Source of the DNA: Phoronis australis | Taxonomy: Eukaryota; Animalia; Phoronida | Assembly: GCA_002633005.1 (NCBI GenBank) | Contig: NMRA01000521.1 | Coordinates: forward strand, 109,348-173,347 | Direction: 5' to 3' | DNA: 64,000 nucleotides | Notes under the pieces: generated by a model | Seen by the model: only the letters and a program-made list of their open reading frames with translations | The model's database searches: none | What the model was told of the DNA's origin: nothing | Translations under genes and position numbers: made by a program | In this document: positions 1 to 12,600 of the stretch, in pieces | Layout: each line of letters begins with the position of its first letter | How positions within the stretch are numbered: position 1 is the first letter of the stretch

Positions 1-1997
1 TTCTGTTTTAACTTGCTGCTCAATACCATTGAACAAGATTTTAAAGCCCATAGATTACTCGTTATGTCCGAAATCGCGCACATAAAATTTGAACATCCGT
101 CACACCCGCCCACGGAAATGCAGTTTTCAGATAATAAAAATGGGGGCGGGGATGCTAATGTGAGAGTTATTCACATTGAATGCTGCCAAAATTTCTCGAA
201 GAAATCACCATACAATGTACTCGCTGTTTTTTTAACACAGATTTAATCTAAACTCTTTCACACCAATACAGTTTTCAAATGTTCTGCCCCTATTAATATA
301 TTTGCGCGCATGGCTCAAAAAGTACACAGTGAACACTCTCCAAGAATAAATGTGCCACGATTGTTTTGTTTACGTCAAAGGTCAAAGGTAACATTTTGCA
401 TATGGCGGCGATGTGATACGCGTTGTCTTGCCGTAATGATTAAGAAGGCGACTGGTTTGTCTTGTGGAAGAAAAATGGATTAAGTGACTAGCAGTTGACA
501 GATCGTTTTGTTTTTAATTTCAAATTAAAGAAGAATTTAATTCCAAATCATTACGAACAAACCGCAAAACACAAGGTGAACAGTTTGACGTCTGTTTCAG
601 TGGCGGAAAACCACTTTAAATAATGAATTTAGTCTTTTTTCTATTTACATCAGTTAAACTAAGACAGCTATAAAATCAAATGAAGAAGATAGATACGCAC
701 TGGGCTTTCTCGGCATTTGTTGAGAAGTTCTAAGAACGTTGGTGATTCTCCATATACATGTATGTAGAAATCAGCATGTTAAAATTGGGCCACGCTCTAA
801 GATAAATAAAACAACATGTAAATTAAACTACTTTTATGCATGTTTTTGTGTTGTTATCTCATATTTATGAAGAGACCCATTTATTTTGGAAAATTAGAGA
901 AACAAGACATACAGGTATTATTACTTGAGCTTTCAGGGTCGACCAAAAACTAAATCAAATGGGTCATGTTTAGGAAAGTTTTGAGGTAGGCGTTGCATGC
1001 ACATCCAAAGAATCCGATTTGTTTTGATTTTTGAAAACGTTGGAAATGAGAAAATGGATGTACCACTTGTTTAGCTCTCGATTCAGTTTATCTTACGATA
1101 ACGGGTCTTGTCATCTTTGTGCGTTGTTACATGTGTATGTGACAACAGAAAGATTGGCTGCGATTTCGTGTATATCTCTCAAACAAGCCGGTAGTGTAAA
1201 AATCTATTGGTTGACAGCACTTTTGTACCGCATTGTTGGAATATGTATGAAATTTGCTTTCAGAATCTAGCGTTGGCTTATTATGCTTATCGACAGGGAA
1301 GCAGGTTTTTCGGAGTGAAAAGTGTCAAATTCGTCTTTTTGCCAGTTTACTTTCTTAACCTACTTTATTTTTTAGTAATTCTGAAAGGGTCAAACTAAAA
1401 GAGTAAAGTTTGTCTGCTTATCACTGAGGCTTTTTATGGGAAAAGACTTAAAACTTTCCATTTTTTTGCATATAGTTTGTGACAGAACGAACAAAAGGTG
1501 GTAGATCCACTGATTTTTTTTGGTTGGCACACCTCAGTGAGTGCTGGGTAAAGCTCAATAGCTCTCTCGAAGTGATGTCCAAGCGAGGTTCTAGTGTTAC
1601 TAAACCCAACCCTTGTCTGTGCCCCCTACGAGTAGATGTACCAGGATACCAATTCAACCGCCTCTATTAGAAACTAGCTGCTATTTCAGTGGCCAGTGGT
1701 GTTCGACTTGGATGTTAGAAGGGTCATATGAAACGGTTTATAAGAATTTCAAATGGGAGGGGCAGCACTAAAAAAGTGGAGGCTAAAGCCCCCTCAGCCC
1801 CCTTATGGTGCACCGCCAATACAGCACGTGCGGCATAGCACTGAAAAAAGTGGGGGGCGCCGCCCATGTTTCACTCCACCCTATCGGTCTCTACCGATTT
1901 TGTGGTCACGCTTTATCCATGTGTGTGAAGGAAACCACCCAGTCTTAATACCTCTTATCCACTCTGTGGTCACCAACACGGTTTGAGTTGATTCTAG

Positions 1998-2064
1998 GTT
2001 AGCGTCTGTGAAGGAGCTATTCGCTGTGCAAACAGGCTATCCGCTCGCCACTGATAAAATGACG
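1998..2064 (+). CDS. Tentative upstream exon of the DyP-GRE gene (LASVKELFAVQTGYPLATDKMT)
   Basis: attctag|g acceptor, acg|gtagaa donor, open and in phase with the exon at 2165 across a 100-nt intron. Contains an in-frame ATG at 2059; another in-frame Met lies in the next exon (AMSKSQPG). Confidence 0.45.
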
Positions 2065-2164
2065 GTAGAAGAATGGAGGCAACTGTACAGTATCTGATAA
2101 GCGTCACAGCAGTTTCAACGTCTAATCAAAAACTGTAATCGCCTATAAACATTATTTTTGACAG

Positions 2165-5100
2165 GTTCCCAACCAAGATGGTGAGATTCAACCTGGAGAG
2201 GCCATGTCGAAAAGCCAGCCTGGGTTGTTCTTCTATAAGCCTACCTATGGCAAGTTTATCACTGTTGACTTGCGGGGAGACGCTGTCCCAAGGACTGACT
2301 ACAAGAACCATTTCCTGACGTCTGTAAGTTCAACTGACATCCCTACTCTTAAATCTATTTGACATTATTGTCTCACTGTACCCATTCAGTGAGGAGTAAT
2401 GTTGTCTGTTTAAAGTAACTTGTCTCGACAGATTGTGTACGTATGCTGAAAATACATGCACGAACTGGCTACATCTGCAATTATGCGGTGGGTTCTTTGG
2501 GTACCTACTGAATGAGACAAATCACGAAGTGATACAATGGCCTATTTTTAAAAGAGCACTGTCTGTGTGGTGCGGCAGCATGACGATTAACGTCGCGATT
2601 TCGCCTACCAACACACGTAAGTTATGGCGATTTATAGAAACTGGCATGATATCGATAAACGAACATCCAAACCGTTGCAAATGTTAACAAGATTGAGATA
2701 CGGCACAAACAAAACGGACTTCTACAGAAATCAGGTAGAAATTTCGTCACCTACCTCCCTACATGTACGTCGAACCATTGTCAAAGTTTGAAATTGAAGT
2801 TGTTTGATAACTACTGCACCATATATTTATACAAAACGAGCTATCCGTTTACTATAAGATAGAATATATAGCAAGACCACACCATTCAATCAGTGCCTTC
2901 TGTCATACCCGATCCGCAGAAATTACTTAAGCATTTCAGTTTGTCCATATTTCGACAAGGGCTGAATTTACTTGGATTGGGAATTATTACTACGAAATTG
3001 CTTATACAGGTAATTTTAACCAATTCAAAGGCTCTTGAAAAATGCTTAACGGAAAGTAAAACATATACACAAAGCGTCTTTGAGTATGTCATGGCAGTCA
3101 CTGGTTTCTGTAATACACTGATGACACTAACAATACTTCTTGGTTTGTATACCTGTCCAATACATTTATCTTCTCACAGGTGCAGCAAATGGTGGAATAT
3201 AGCCGAAATTTAGATTCCAAGCAGTCTCGAACTAGAATTCTGGTAGGAGTCAATCCCAAATTGTGGGATGAATGGTAAGGACGGGCATAAGAGAAGATAT
3301 ACATTGCATCACAACAAAACACCCGGAATAAAAGAGCGCCTTTAGGTGGCACTCTAGGCTACATTTCGGTGCAATATATACATGTAATTGTTGTTCTCCG
3401 GACACTATTATTGCTACCGGCTAAGATTCTTCAGTGTTTGAAATAATTATTTTGCGTACGTCAAATTCTAACACTTCAAGGAACAAAACTGTTTACTAAT
3501 CGTTTACACAAACCATTCCATTTCACTCTTACCTGCAGGTATTTGCTATATTTCGACATTGTTATCACTCGGTGATTGTCAATATCGTAAATCGAACTAC
3601 ATGTATATCCATACGCTTCGAAGAGAAAGTGAATAGTTACCTTTTTGGGCTTCGCTGTTAGGTTTCCCAACAAAGACTACAATTTGGAACAACGTCCAGA
3701 AAGTTCGTTTTTAGTCGATGGATCCACAAAGTTCAAGAATGGTGGCAACACCGATTTGTTTCTCTATCTCAAGTCTGACTGTCAAGAAGATCTCGAGAAA
3801 CTATCCAAAATGATGCACGACATATACTTGGGGAAGCTTGAGGAGCTCATCTCATATCATGTAAGATTTTTAACTTTCCTGATGGTCCGTTAAACAATTT
3901 TGACTAAGAAATGCTGTAGAATTACATGTAAGCTTAGCGCAAACTTTTGAGGTCTTGTTCCCCCAACGTTTAAGCGAGCCAAAGCCAAACTGTGGCTAAC
4001 CCGTCCTATTCGATTCACAAATTAATGCTCGTGGCTTAGCCGCGATGATGAAGAAAGTACTCGCTAAGTTCTCTTATAATGCATAGACGGCTACTGTTTA
4101 GTTTTTCATTTTAAAAGCAGTCGTATCATGAATGCCAGATTTACGTTGAAATCTAGACACTGACATCTTTGGAATAACAAAATCGACTAATTTCTGAAAA
4201 CAGGTCATGTCGTCAGTGCCAAAAAAGTCTGGAGTTATCGAAGGTAGGTTTCAAGACGGCTTGGAAAACACATTTGATGTCCAGTCATTGGAGCGGTATA
4301 TACTTACAGGACCTCAAACTCAAGCCGGTCGTAATGGAGCCTTGGGTAAGAAAATGTGTTAGAGTCTCTCAGTTTGGAATATTTATCCACCAAACCTCCG
4401 CATGTTGAGTGATCACGTGCCTGGCATTATTAGGTCTATACCGGGGAAAAAGAAATAAAAAGTCACGTTACATTGCTAAACGCTTCCCGGATCCTGTTTT
4501 TTTTTCATTCATGTAATAAGGGACATTTATACACGTGAAACATTTACAAATCCGGATAATATGGTGTTCGCCGACAACTGTAATTGCACCTCTTGTATGT
4601 TCCTGCGTAGTTGAGACTGACTAGTTGCAGAGGTCGATAAAAATTTTCAAAAGGGTTAGTAATGTATAGCGCTACACAAAACCTGGCCTAATTATTAATG
4701 TGTATGATTTTGTTATTCTAATTTTATTTGACGGGGTCCAAAACATCAAAATAATGTCATAGTAAACAATCCCACACTAGTGATACACTTTTCGTGTATA
4801 TCAGGAGTAGATAACATCGCTGTATTCAATTTCTCTTAGACTTTAATGTTGACGAAATGCCAAGTGTTACCTGAAATAGAACGGTTTCAAAACACTACAT
4901 TGGCCTTTATTTAACCGTGGTGGCATCAGAGCACATGAGTGCAACCAAAATGGGCGCATTTTTCTTAAAACTCTTGACCGTCATTCGCGGAAATTGTACC
5001 CTCCACAAACGTGGCCAAGTTAGACGTGCACGTACTGATATCCGAGAACTTGGCTGTCAAAATTTTTTGTGGAACTCCGGTTCATTTTTTTCTAAAAGCC

Positions 5101-6615
5101 AAGTTCTCGGGGAAAGAACGTGACATAAAACCATGAGTTCACATTTGTACACCAGTAGCTTATATAAGGAGAACGAGTATTTACTATTTTAATTGTCTTA
5201 GGCAGTTATTCTACCATGTGACATCGATCAAAATCGGCAACTGAAAACACCCGAGTACTTAATTCGTCGACCGAAAAACATCCAAGTACTTTATTCGTGC
5301 CCAGTACGCCGCCTAGGGCTGAATTTCTGTGCTCATCCAGGTTTTTCATAAGTGAATTGTAATATTAGTTATTTGAGAAGTGAACTGAATAAACTCGACC
5401 TGCTAGTATCTACCATCAACACGTTATCCAGGAGATTTGACGACTATATACATGTAACATGTGTGGTCAACATGAATTTGACTTCGCACAAGAGTGATCG
5501 GACAAGAACATTACCACACAGTTGTGTTAATGAACACAAAACCTAAGTGCGGGGAATCGCTTTTATCTCTCAGTTCATATAGTTTTGTGTTTTATTCTAG
5601 GAGGTACCTATTGCTTCACGCAGAAGTTTCAGTTCTCCTGGAATCTGCTTAATGGAATGCACATGGGCGAAAAAGAAGACATGATTGGACGAAAAGTTAA
5701 TGGTTGCATTATTCCACTGAATGACGAAAGAAGTCACATTAAAAGAGCACGTGTTTTGAACGAGGAAGGGCAAATTTCCCATAAGGTACTGGAACATAAA
5801 TACTTCGCTCGCGAAAGTTATGACGTTACGCATACGGTTATCTTTTATGATTTTCGTTCGTGTCATCATGACCAAGATTGTTACTATATCATGTAGTCAG
5901 TTTGAAAACATTCTACCATTTGGCCAACTTCTTCTCAATATTCCCATTGGAAGTGTAAAATAAAGAAACTCCTCTCAATAACAACACGGATAAACTTTCG
6001 TCCCAAAGTGTTTCCACGAGTGCTGTATCTGATGTACATAAATCGTCATAACCGTTTATAGTAAGAGTTACGTGTACATGAATATGGTTTTAAAACAAAG
6101 GTACCTGTATTTTTGTGCAGCGAAATGACTATATTGCCCATGTGTTCTAAAAGTCTGTGTAAGAAGCAAGTACGCTGAAGATGACATTGTATCTAAGAAG
6201 AAAACTCGTGCAAATTTATCCTGAAGTACATTCACAGGGATTTAATCAATCCTGAAGTACATTCACAGGGATTTAATCAAGAGCTCAGATTCCAGATTAT
6301 TTCTAAATATTTAGTTGTTTGTACTGTTAGCGAATGCTGAATTTATATCCAATAATAATCATGCATATTTCATTCTTTTGTACATTTAAGCTGTATCGTC
6401 AGTCACTGCCCTACGGGATATCTGAAACTGGGCTTTCCAGAGAAGAGGGGGTATACTTTGTTGCATTTTGCAATACGCTCACAGCTATTCAAGATGTTTT
6501 ACGAAATCTTGCTGGGAGTGACCCAAACTTCACCGAAGACAAACTTATATCTAATGTTGATGGACTGGAAGGAAGCTTCTGGTATATGCCGAGTGCAGAA
6601 GAGCTTGACTCAAAC
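2165..6615 (+). other. DyP-type peroxidase domain (first six confident exons of the fusion gene)
   Basis: SQPGLFFYKPTYGKFITVDL; ILVGVNPKLWDEW; DLFLYLKSD; GRFQDGLEN (GxxDG-like, distal Asp codon 4255-4257); GGTYCFTQKFQFSW; EDMIGRK; SHIKRAR (proximal His 5735-5737); LYRQSLPYG (distal Arg 6397-6399); EEGVYFVAFC; GSFWYMPSAEEL. Confidence 0.88.
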
Positions 6616-9600
6616 GTGAGTAACAGCAAACATGGGATTTTTAGTCAAAACTTCAATGGCAGTTAATAATAATTAACAACCCAAAAGGTAATTCCCCCAC
6701 CTGCTTTCAGTGACGTCACTTGTTGATGTTGGTATAGATTTTCCGGGTGGTCGTAGAAAATCCACTGTTCCCAAATTAGAACATAGACGACATTAATAAA
6801 GAACAAGCTGCTTCTCGTCAAGCTTATGGAAACAGATTGAGTCTATGAAGGGGCTATTTACACGACCGTATGTTATCTGAAACCAGATAATCATAAGTTA
6901 GAAGGTGGTGGCAATTGTTCTTCAAAGAGAGCTTCTTGCATAAGTATTTTAACCCTTATTGTTCCTGCTATATCCGGTAGGAGCCTAGCCGCGCTCAAAT
7001 TATTCGTCTAAGATCTTAAGTCACAATTTACAACCGTGGACAATAACACGATACTCAGTTGTGTTGCTGTGTATGGCTTAGATAACAGATAATTTCTGTG
7101 TTTTACCTCACTTAGGTATTTTCTCATATGTATTTCATCCCGTGATGTTGATATTTAATCAAACAAAACATTACGGAGCAAGATCGCGGAAGTTCGAGTC
7201 GAAGCATCCAGGAATTGGGCACCGCAAAACTTATCTTGAACTTCTCGGAAGCATTCGTGTTTTTGTCCGGGATAAATGAGCTTGTTTCACAAATTAATTG
7301 AAAATTCTGTAAATTAACCACCGTATTTCAAAAATACGTTTACAATGAAATTTGGCGAAAGCGTGCCCCTGAGGAACATATTCAGGGAGTTGTAATTTTA
7401 AAGCCTCATGTGTTAGGTATTTCAGTAGTTATGTCAGTTTGCTATTACTCAGATTTGATTGTATTTGTTCAGGTCGGAATACAAGTACATAATATATGTA
7501 ATTGGTTCATCATGCCGATCAACATCCCACATGGAATTAATTCCGCATTCAAATCAGTTTCAGCCCGATAAGGTTCCCGACCTTGACCTTTTGGATCACT
7601 GGAACGTGAAACCAAAAACCAATCCGTACATGTTTTATAACTCGACGGAGTACATGCACCGTATGAGTACGGGGGCGTATGTTGATCAGGAAGATATTCC
7701 TTCTCCCCGGGTTCTCAAGCTCCTCCATAACACGTTTGCGCAGTGGAGAAATAGGTATGTTCTTGAACAACACATTTATCAGGTTTCATGAAATGAAGTC
7801 AAAGTATTTGTGCTCTACATGAGAAGTATCAGGAGTGCATGTAAGGGTTTCTGTGGTTTGTGGTTTGAAGTCCCATCCAAATAGCTCCCTTTATTCACAG
7901 TTTTCTTATAAAAGCTTACATACATCGTTGAAGCCGTCCTTTCAGAATTTACAAGTTTTTCAATGTCTCGGCATACCCAAATCACACCCCGTCAACACAT
8001 TCTTGGAACCAACTACTACAGTATAGATGTAGCACTAGACTGATTACCAAAGGTGCAGGTCATTGTAAAGCGAAATAGCTAAAGCGTTTTCAGTTAATAG
8101 AAATTAAGCTCAGTGCCCATCTTATCACCCCAGTCATTAAAATTCCAGTTTCACCAAATTTTCGAGCAACCCTTCACTCAGTCTCTACAACTTCTATGGT
8201 CCCCTTTAGTAACAAGATGTGTACCAACTTTCACGTTCCTAATGGTTCTTCAAATAGTATGCCCTGTAATTCATTGCAAGTTTATATAATGATACAATAT
8301 ATTTTACTCATTCAGGTACGCAGTAATCAAATTCGCTCGTTGAGTGTAGCAAACTCTTGAATGTGATTGTATTGATACCGTGATCTGAAGACCAAACAAT
8401 TTCCGAAACTCGAATGGAACAAATTCCATAGCACGCTGTGAGTAAACTTCCGAACCAATCTCGAACAATGCTGCATGAGTGGTTAAATTACCCAATGTTA
8501 GTCCGTGCCTAGTTTGATCCCTTAGAATAGGTCCTGGAATGTGTTGTACTCAAGTTTGTAAATATCAGTACATGTACTTCGCTTTTCCTAATGCAGATGG
8601 TACGTGAAGCCCGTTGTACCAGAGTACAGGCATTTAAAGAATTATGTGCACCGTTTTCTCGATGACCCTGACGACTTCTATCAGCTAAGCGTACCCCGCC
8701 GCAAGGGGTACGCGAATAAGATGACTTTGGGAGTTGCTATCACGGAAGAATACTACGGGAAAAAGGCTGACTTGTTTAGGATTTTCCCGGACGAAATAAT
8801 TGTGGGTGTAATGCCTCATTTTAGTCTGGGTCTTGGAAAGGTACGCGTGCACTTTAAACATTTTGAAGATATATGAGAGTTTTTGTAAATGTTTTGTAGC
8901 ATCTGAGCAATAAAACATTAACTTCTAAGCTGCTATAATATAGCGACAAAAATTATTATGAATTGTCGTTTTTGATTTCCTCGATAAAGATTGCTGAATT
9001 GATAGTACCGACGAACGAAATCAGAGTCTTGTCCATATAGTTTAAATGTCAGTCCTCTTGTATACTCCAAGCAAGATTTAGTTAATGGATTTAAACGTGG
9101 GTGGTGTTTTTTCGCGAAGTTGCTTCATAAAAAATATACGTTATCCAAAAATTAAACCTTTTCAGTTTTCGTTTTAACAAGCACACATACCTACCATACA
9201 ATTGATATGCCATGTGAAGAGCCACAATATTTAGAGACATTGCTACATTACAGGTTGTCATGCCTTATCTGAGCGAGATCGAGACGGAGGAGGCCTTCAG
9301 CGTGTATCTAAGTGAAGCAGGAATGATGGGGCACGTTGTACCAGATCACGGCGAACTTGTCACCAAAGGCATTGGGCAACTGATACAAGAGATTAAGCAG
9401 AATGCTCAAGTCGCAACCCTGGACCAGGATCAGAAAGAGTTTTACAACTCCGCATTGTCTTCCCTAGAAGGTGTTCAGATGTATATGACCAATTTCGCAG
9501 ACTTGGCAATGAAAATCTCTTATGAGGATAACCTTCCCAAGAATCAGGTAGCGGTTGTTGTTTGATCAAAAATTTTATAGTTGGTTCTGGTCTGTACTTA

Positions 9601-12600
9601 ACTTAGTTTGATACCATCGCTCCCTGACTAACACCACGATTTGCCAAGTGACCAGTAAAAACAAATAGCGCATCATTTTGCTAGTCTCGGGTGAAATTTA
9701 ACAATTACTGTAAAGTAAAAAACAAGCCATAGTCAACCGTTTCTTTCGCCTTATTTCTTTTTATACAGTTTGCATATGTAATGACGTCATATGCGCATTT
9801 ACTTGTCGAAGGAAACATGTTAGCATAGTCATGAGATTGTTCCCTGTTTCGTTGCCATTTCGATGTACATGACAGGCACTTTAGCCTACTGAAAACCTAC
9901 CTTATCACGTCCACAGCTACCGCAATTCCTTCCCACACAATCAGCTACTAATCATCGCTCAAACCATTGATTTTTGTGAATAACATAGAGTTATCAATGG
10001 TGAATTTCCGAAAGCACCGGCGACTCTGTACACTGAATGCAGATCTTGAACTCAAAACAAAAAAGGACACAATTCCAAGCACCACACATCACATACACTC
10101 GCCACCAAACCGCAACAATGATACTCCAAGGAATGCTAAAAAATGAACATGGCCATCGCTTACCAGCACTTACTAAAGGCAGCTTAAAGAAGTAGATAAT
10201 TAATTTATATCACTTGCCGCTTGGAATGAGTCATTCTAATTTACGGACATGTATTCCAAATATGCACAGATACACACTAATGTACACAGATGATCACGAA
10301 CCTGCCATCCAATTCAATCATCAAGTATCTTTAATTGCGGTTACATGTACAGTAATGCATGCATATTATATACAGGTACGCTGCATCACGTATAATTCTG
10401 CAAAATTCATTTACTTGGTTATGTGCGCTGCATATGGTCAACTGTTGATGACAGACTTGGTTGGAGTGCTTGTTGGCCATCTGGTTGAGTTTTTAAGAGA
10501 CTCCAAACTCCAAAGACACCTAGCAGCATTCAGTTCAAATTAGCGTCGCATGGCATGTATTGGCGATCATGCTCTTCATGGTAAAAGGGTGCCTTTTCTT
10601 GTCATAGTGTGTTTTAAATTCCTCAGATTTGCATCTAAGTTTTGCTAAAAAATTAACCAACGTATTCGCTATCAATACAACAGCTCAAAACCGTTCATTA
10701 TTTTGTAGGTTGACAGCTTGCGACAAATTCACGAGCGTCTAAACAGGTTGTCGGTGAAGCCTCCTGTTACATTTACTGACGCAGTTCAACTCCTGTTCTC
10801 GTTCCACTGTTGTCTTCATAACATTGGCGAGCCTGTTGCTCTTGGAAGACTTGATCAGATTCTGCTACCATTCCTCGATAAGACTAACCCAGGGGTAAGA
10901 AAATAACTGCCATTATAGAACTCTGGCTGCTGTTAATACCACATACATGTATGAGTATTTGTCAGTTGGTTTAAGTAGAAGGGAAAATACCTTCAAGTGT
11001 CAGTAATGCAGCGTGCTTGAAGATTTCGAGAAATGTAGCAATACGTACACTTGCATTTTCTGAGACTTTATTAAAAAGAATGACTTCCTTTGTATAGGAT
11101 GTACCCCCGCAGGACGTGATCGATGCGTTTTGCTTGAAACTTAGTGAGCGCGTGGAAATGAACAGGCATTTTATCAAAGACCTGGTTTACCCGGGGGTTA
11201 CTGCCGTTTTCTACCAGACTACTGGCAACTTTCCCCAAGGAGGAGGTTAGTTTTCTATACGTTCCTAATATTGAATTTACAATTAAAATATATCTATACG
11301 TTGTATCTGTGCCATCGAGTGACAAGTTTTCGAATTCTATTTTATTTCTTAATAAATTCTGCAAAATGTTGCCCTTTGCATTGAAAATGTTTGGCTATCA
11401 AAAGGTGTTGCATATACAGGCTAAAGTTTTACAAAGTTGCAAACCCTGAAAAACTAATCTTTTGGCTCTCGGATGTTTGTGTTCACAAACAACACTCCAC
11501 AACTCAATATCTCTCCAACAATACGACGCTCGATAGCATTGTGGTTTCCTTACAAGTAGTAACTTGATTAAAATAACTTTGGTTTCGTGAATCGATATAA
11601 TGGGTAATATCTTTACTTAATTGTTTATTCAACAAAATTTGTAAGGACGTGCAAACTTTGGTGGCGCTGCAAAAATGATTGCTGCGCGTTGTTGTTTAGG
11701 ACACGTTTTGTTCTAGCATCAACTGTAACAACGCATATTAAGTGGAGGCGCACGTTTTCGAAACTGCTGAACCACTGTACTTTGGACTCGACAACACAGT
11801 TTCAAGCACAATTGCTATTTCGTGCAAGTTGTGAATAGTTATATAAACGAGTAAAACAACCTCTGCTTTTTATCTTTCGCTCACAAGGTACTTTTCTTTC
11901 ATGTGGTAGGAATCAATCAATGGGTACAACAAGTAACTCTCGGCGGATACAAGGCAACTGACGAAGCAAAGCCGTCTCCGGGAATAAACGACCTAACTTT
12001 AATGTTTCTCAAAGCCACTCGCCGTCTTCCGTTGAACGCACCTTGTTTTTCTCTGCGCCTTTATAAAGGTATCGAGGATACAAAACTGGGGCAGGATATC
12101 GTGAAGGAAACTGCAAAGGCTCTTCTCAGTGGTGGAGCTCATCCAATCATATTCAATGATGACCGGCTCGTGTCTGGCTTGCTGACGAGCGGCGTAAAAC
12201 CCTATCAGGTTAGAAAATGGGCCTTACAAACCGAAATGACGGTCCTCCTAACTATTAATTCCTATAACGAATCTTGTGATAAGTTTGTGCTTGCTTTCAA
12301 CAGCTGGCAGCGCTCATGGACAGGTTAGATGCCATCAATATTTATTTTTGTAACCTACTGTGCATTTTGCCAAATTCGGCTCACAAAAGCCACCTGTAGA
12401 CGCTAAAAAGCTCACTATCCACTACAATTAGACGATGTGAATGCCCTCTCATGGAGTTTCGTTGCCAGTGTTATTCATGTCACTGACTGTACGCGGTTCG
12501 GACTCGAAGAGTCATCCTTCCAGTATGATCACTTACATTAACCTTCCAGACCTTAATGTAAAACGATTCTTATCTGTTTTGCGATATTCACTTAGGTTCC

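Noticed and set aside
13-1986. Short ORFs upstream of the fusion gene, and antisense ORFs over exons and gag-pol
   Set aside because: No recognisable motifs; consistent with chance or shadow ORFs.
2681-2734. Short ATG-initiated candidate first exon (MLTRLRYGTNKTDFYRNQ|gtag)
   Set aside because: It is in phase with 3180 but would omit the QPG-containing DyP N-terminal strand encoded at 2165-2323. It cannot be excluded as an alternative start but has no other support.
2893-3179. ORF 2893-3213 as an exon of the fusion gene
   Set aside because: No DyP similarity; exon 2165-2323 joins 3180 in phase and yields the expected DyP N-terminus in a different frame.
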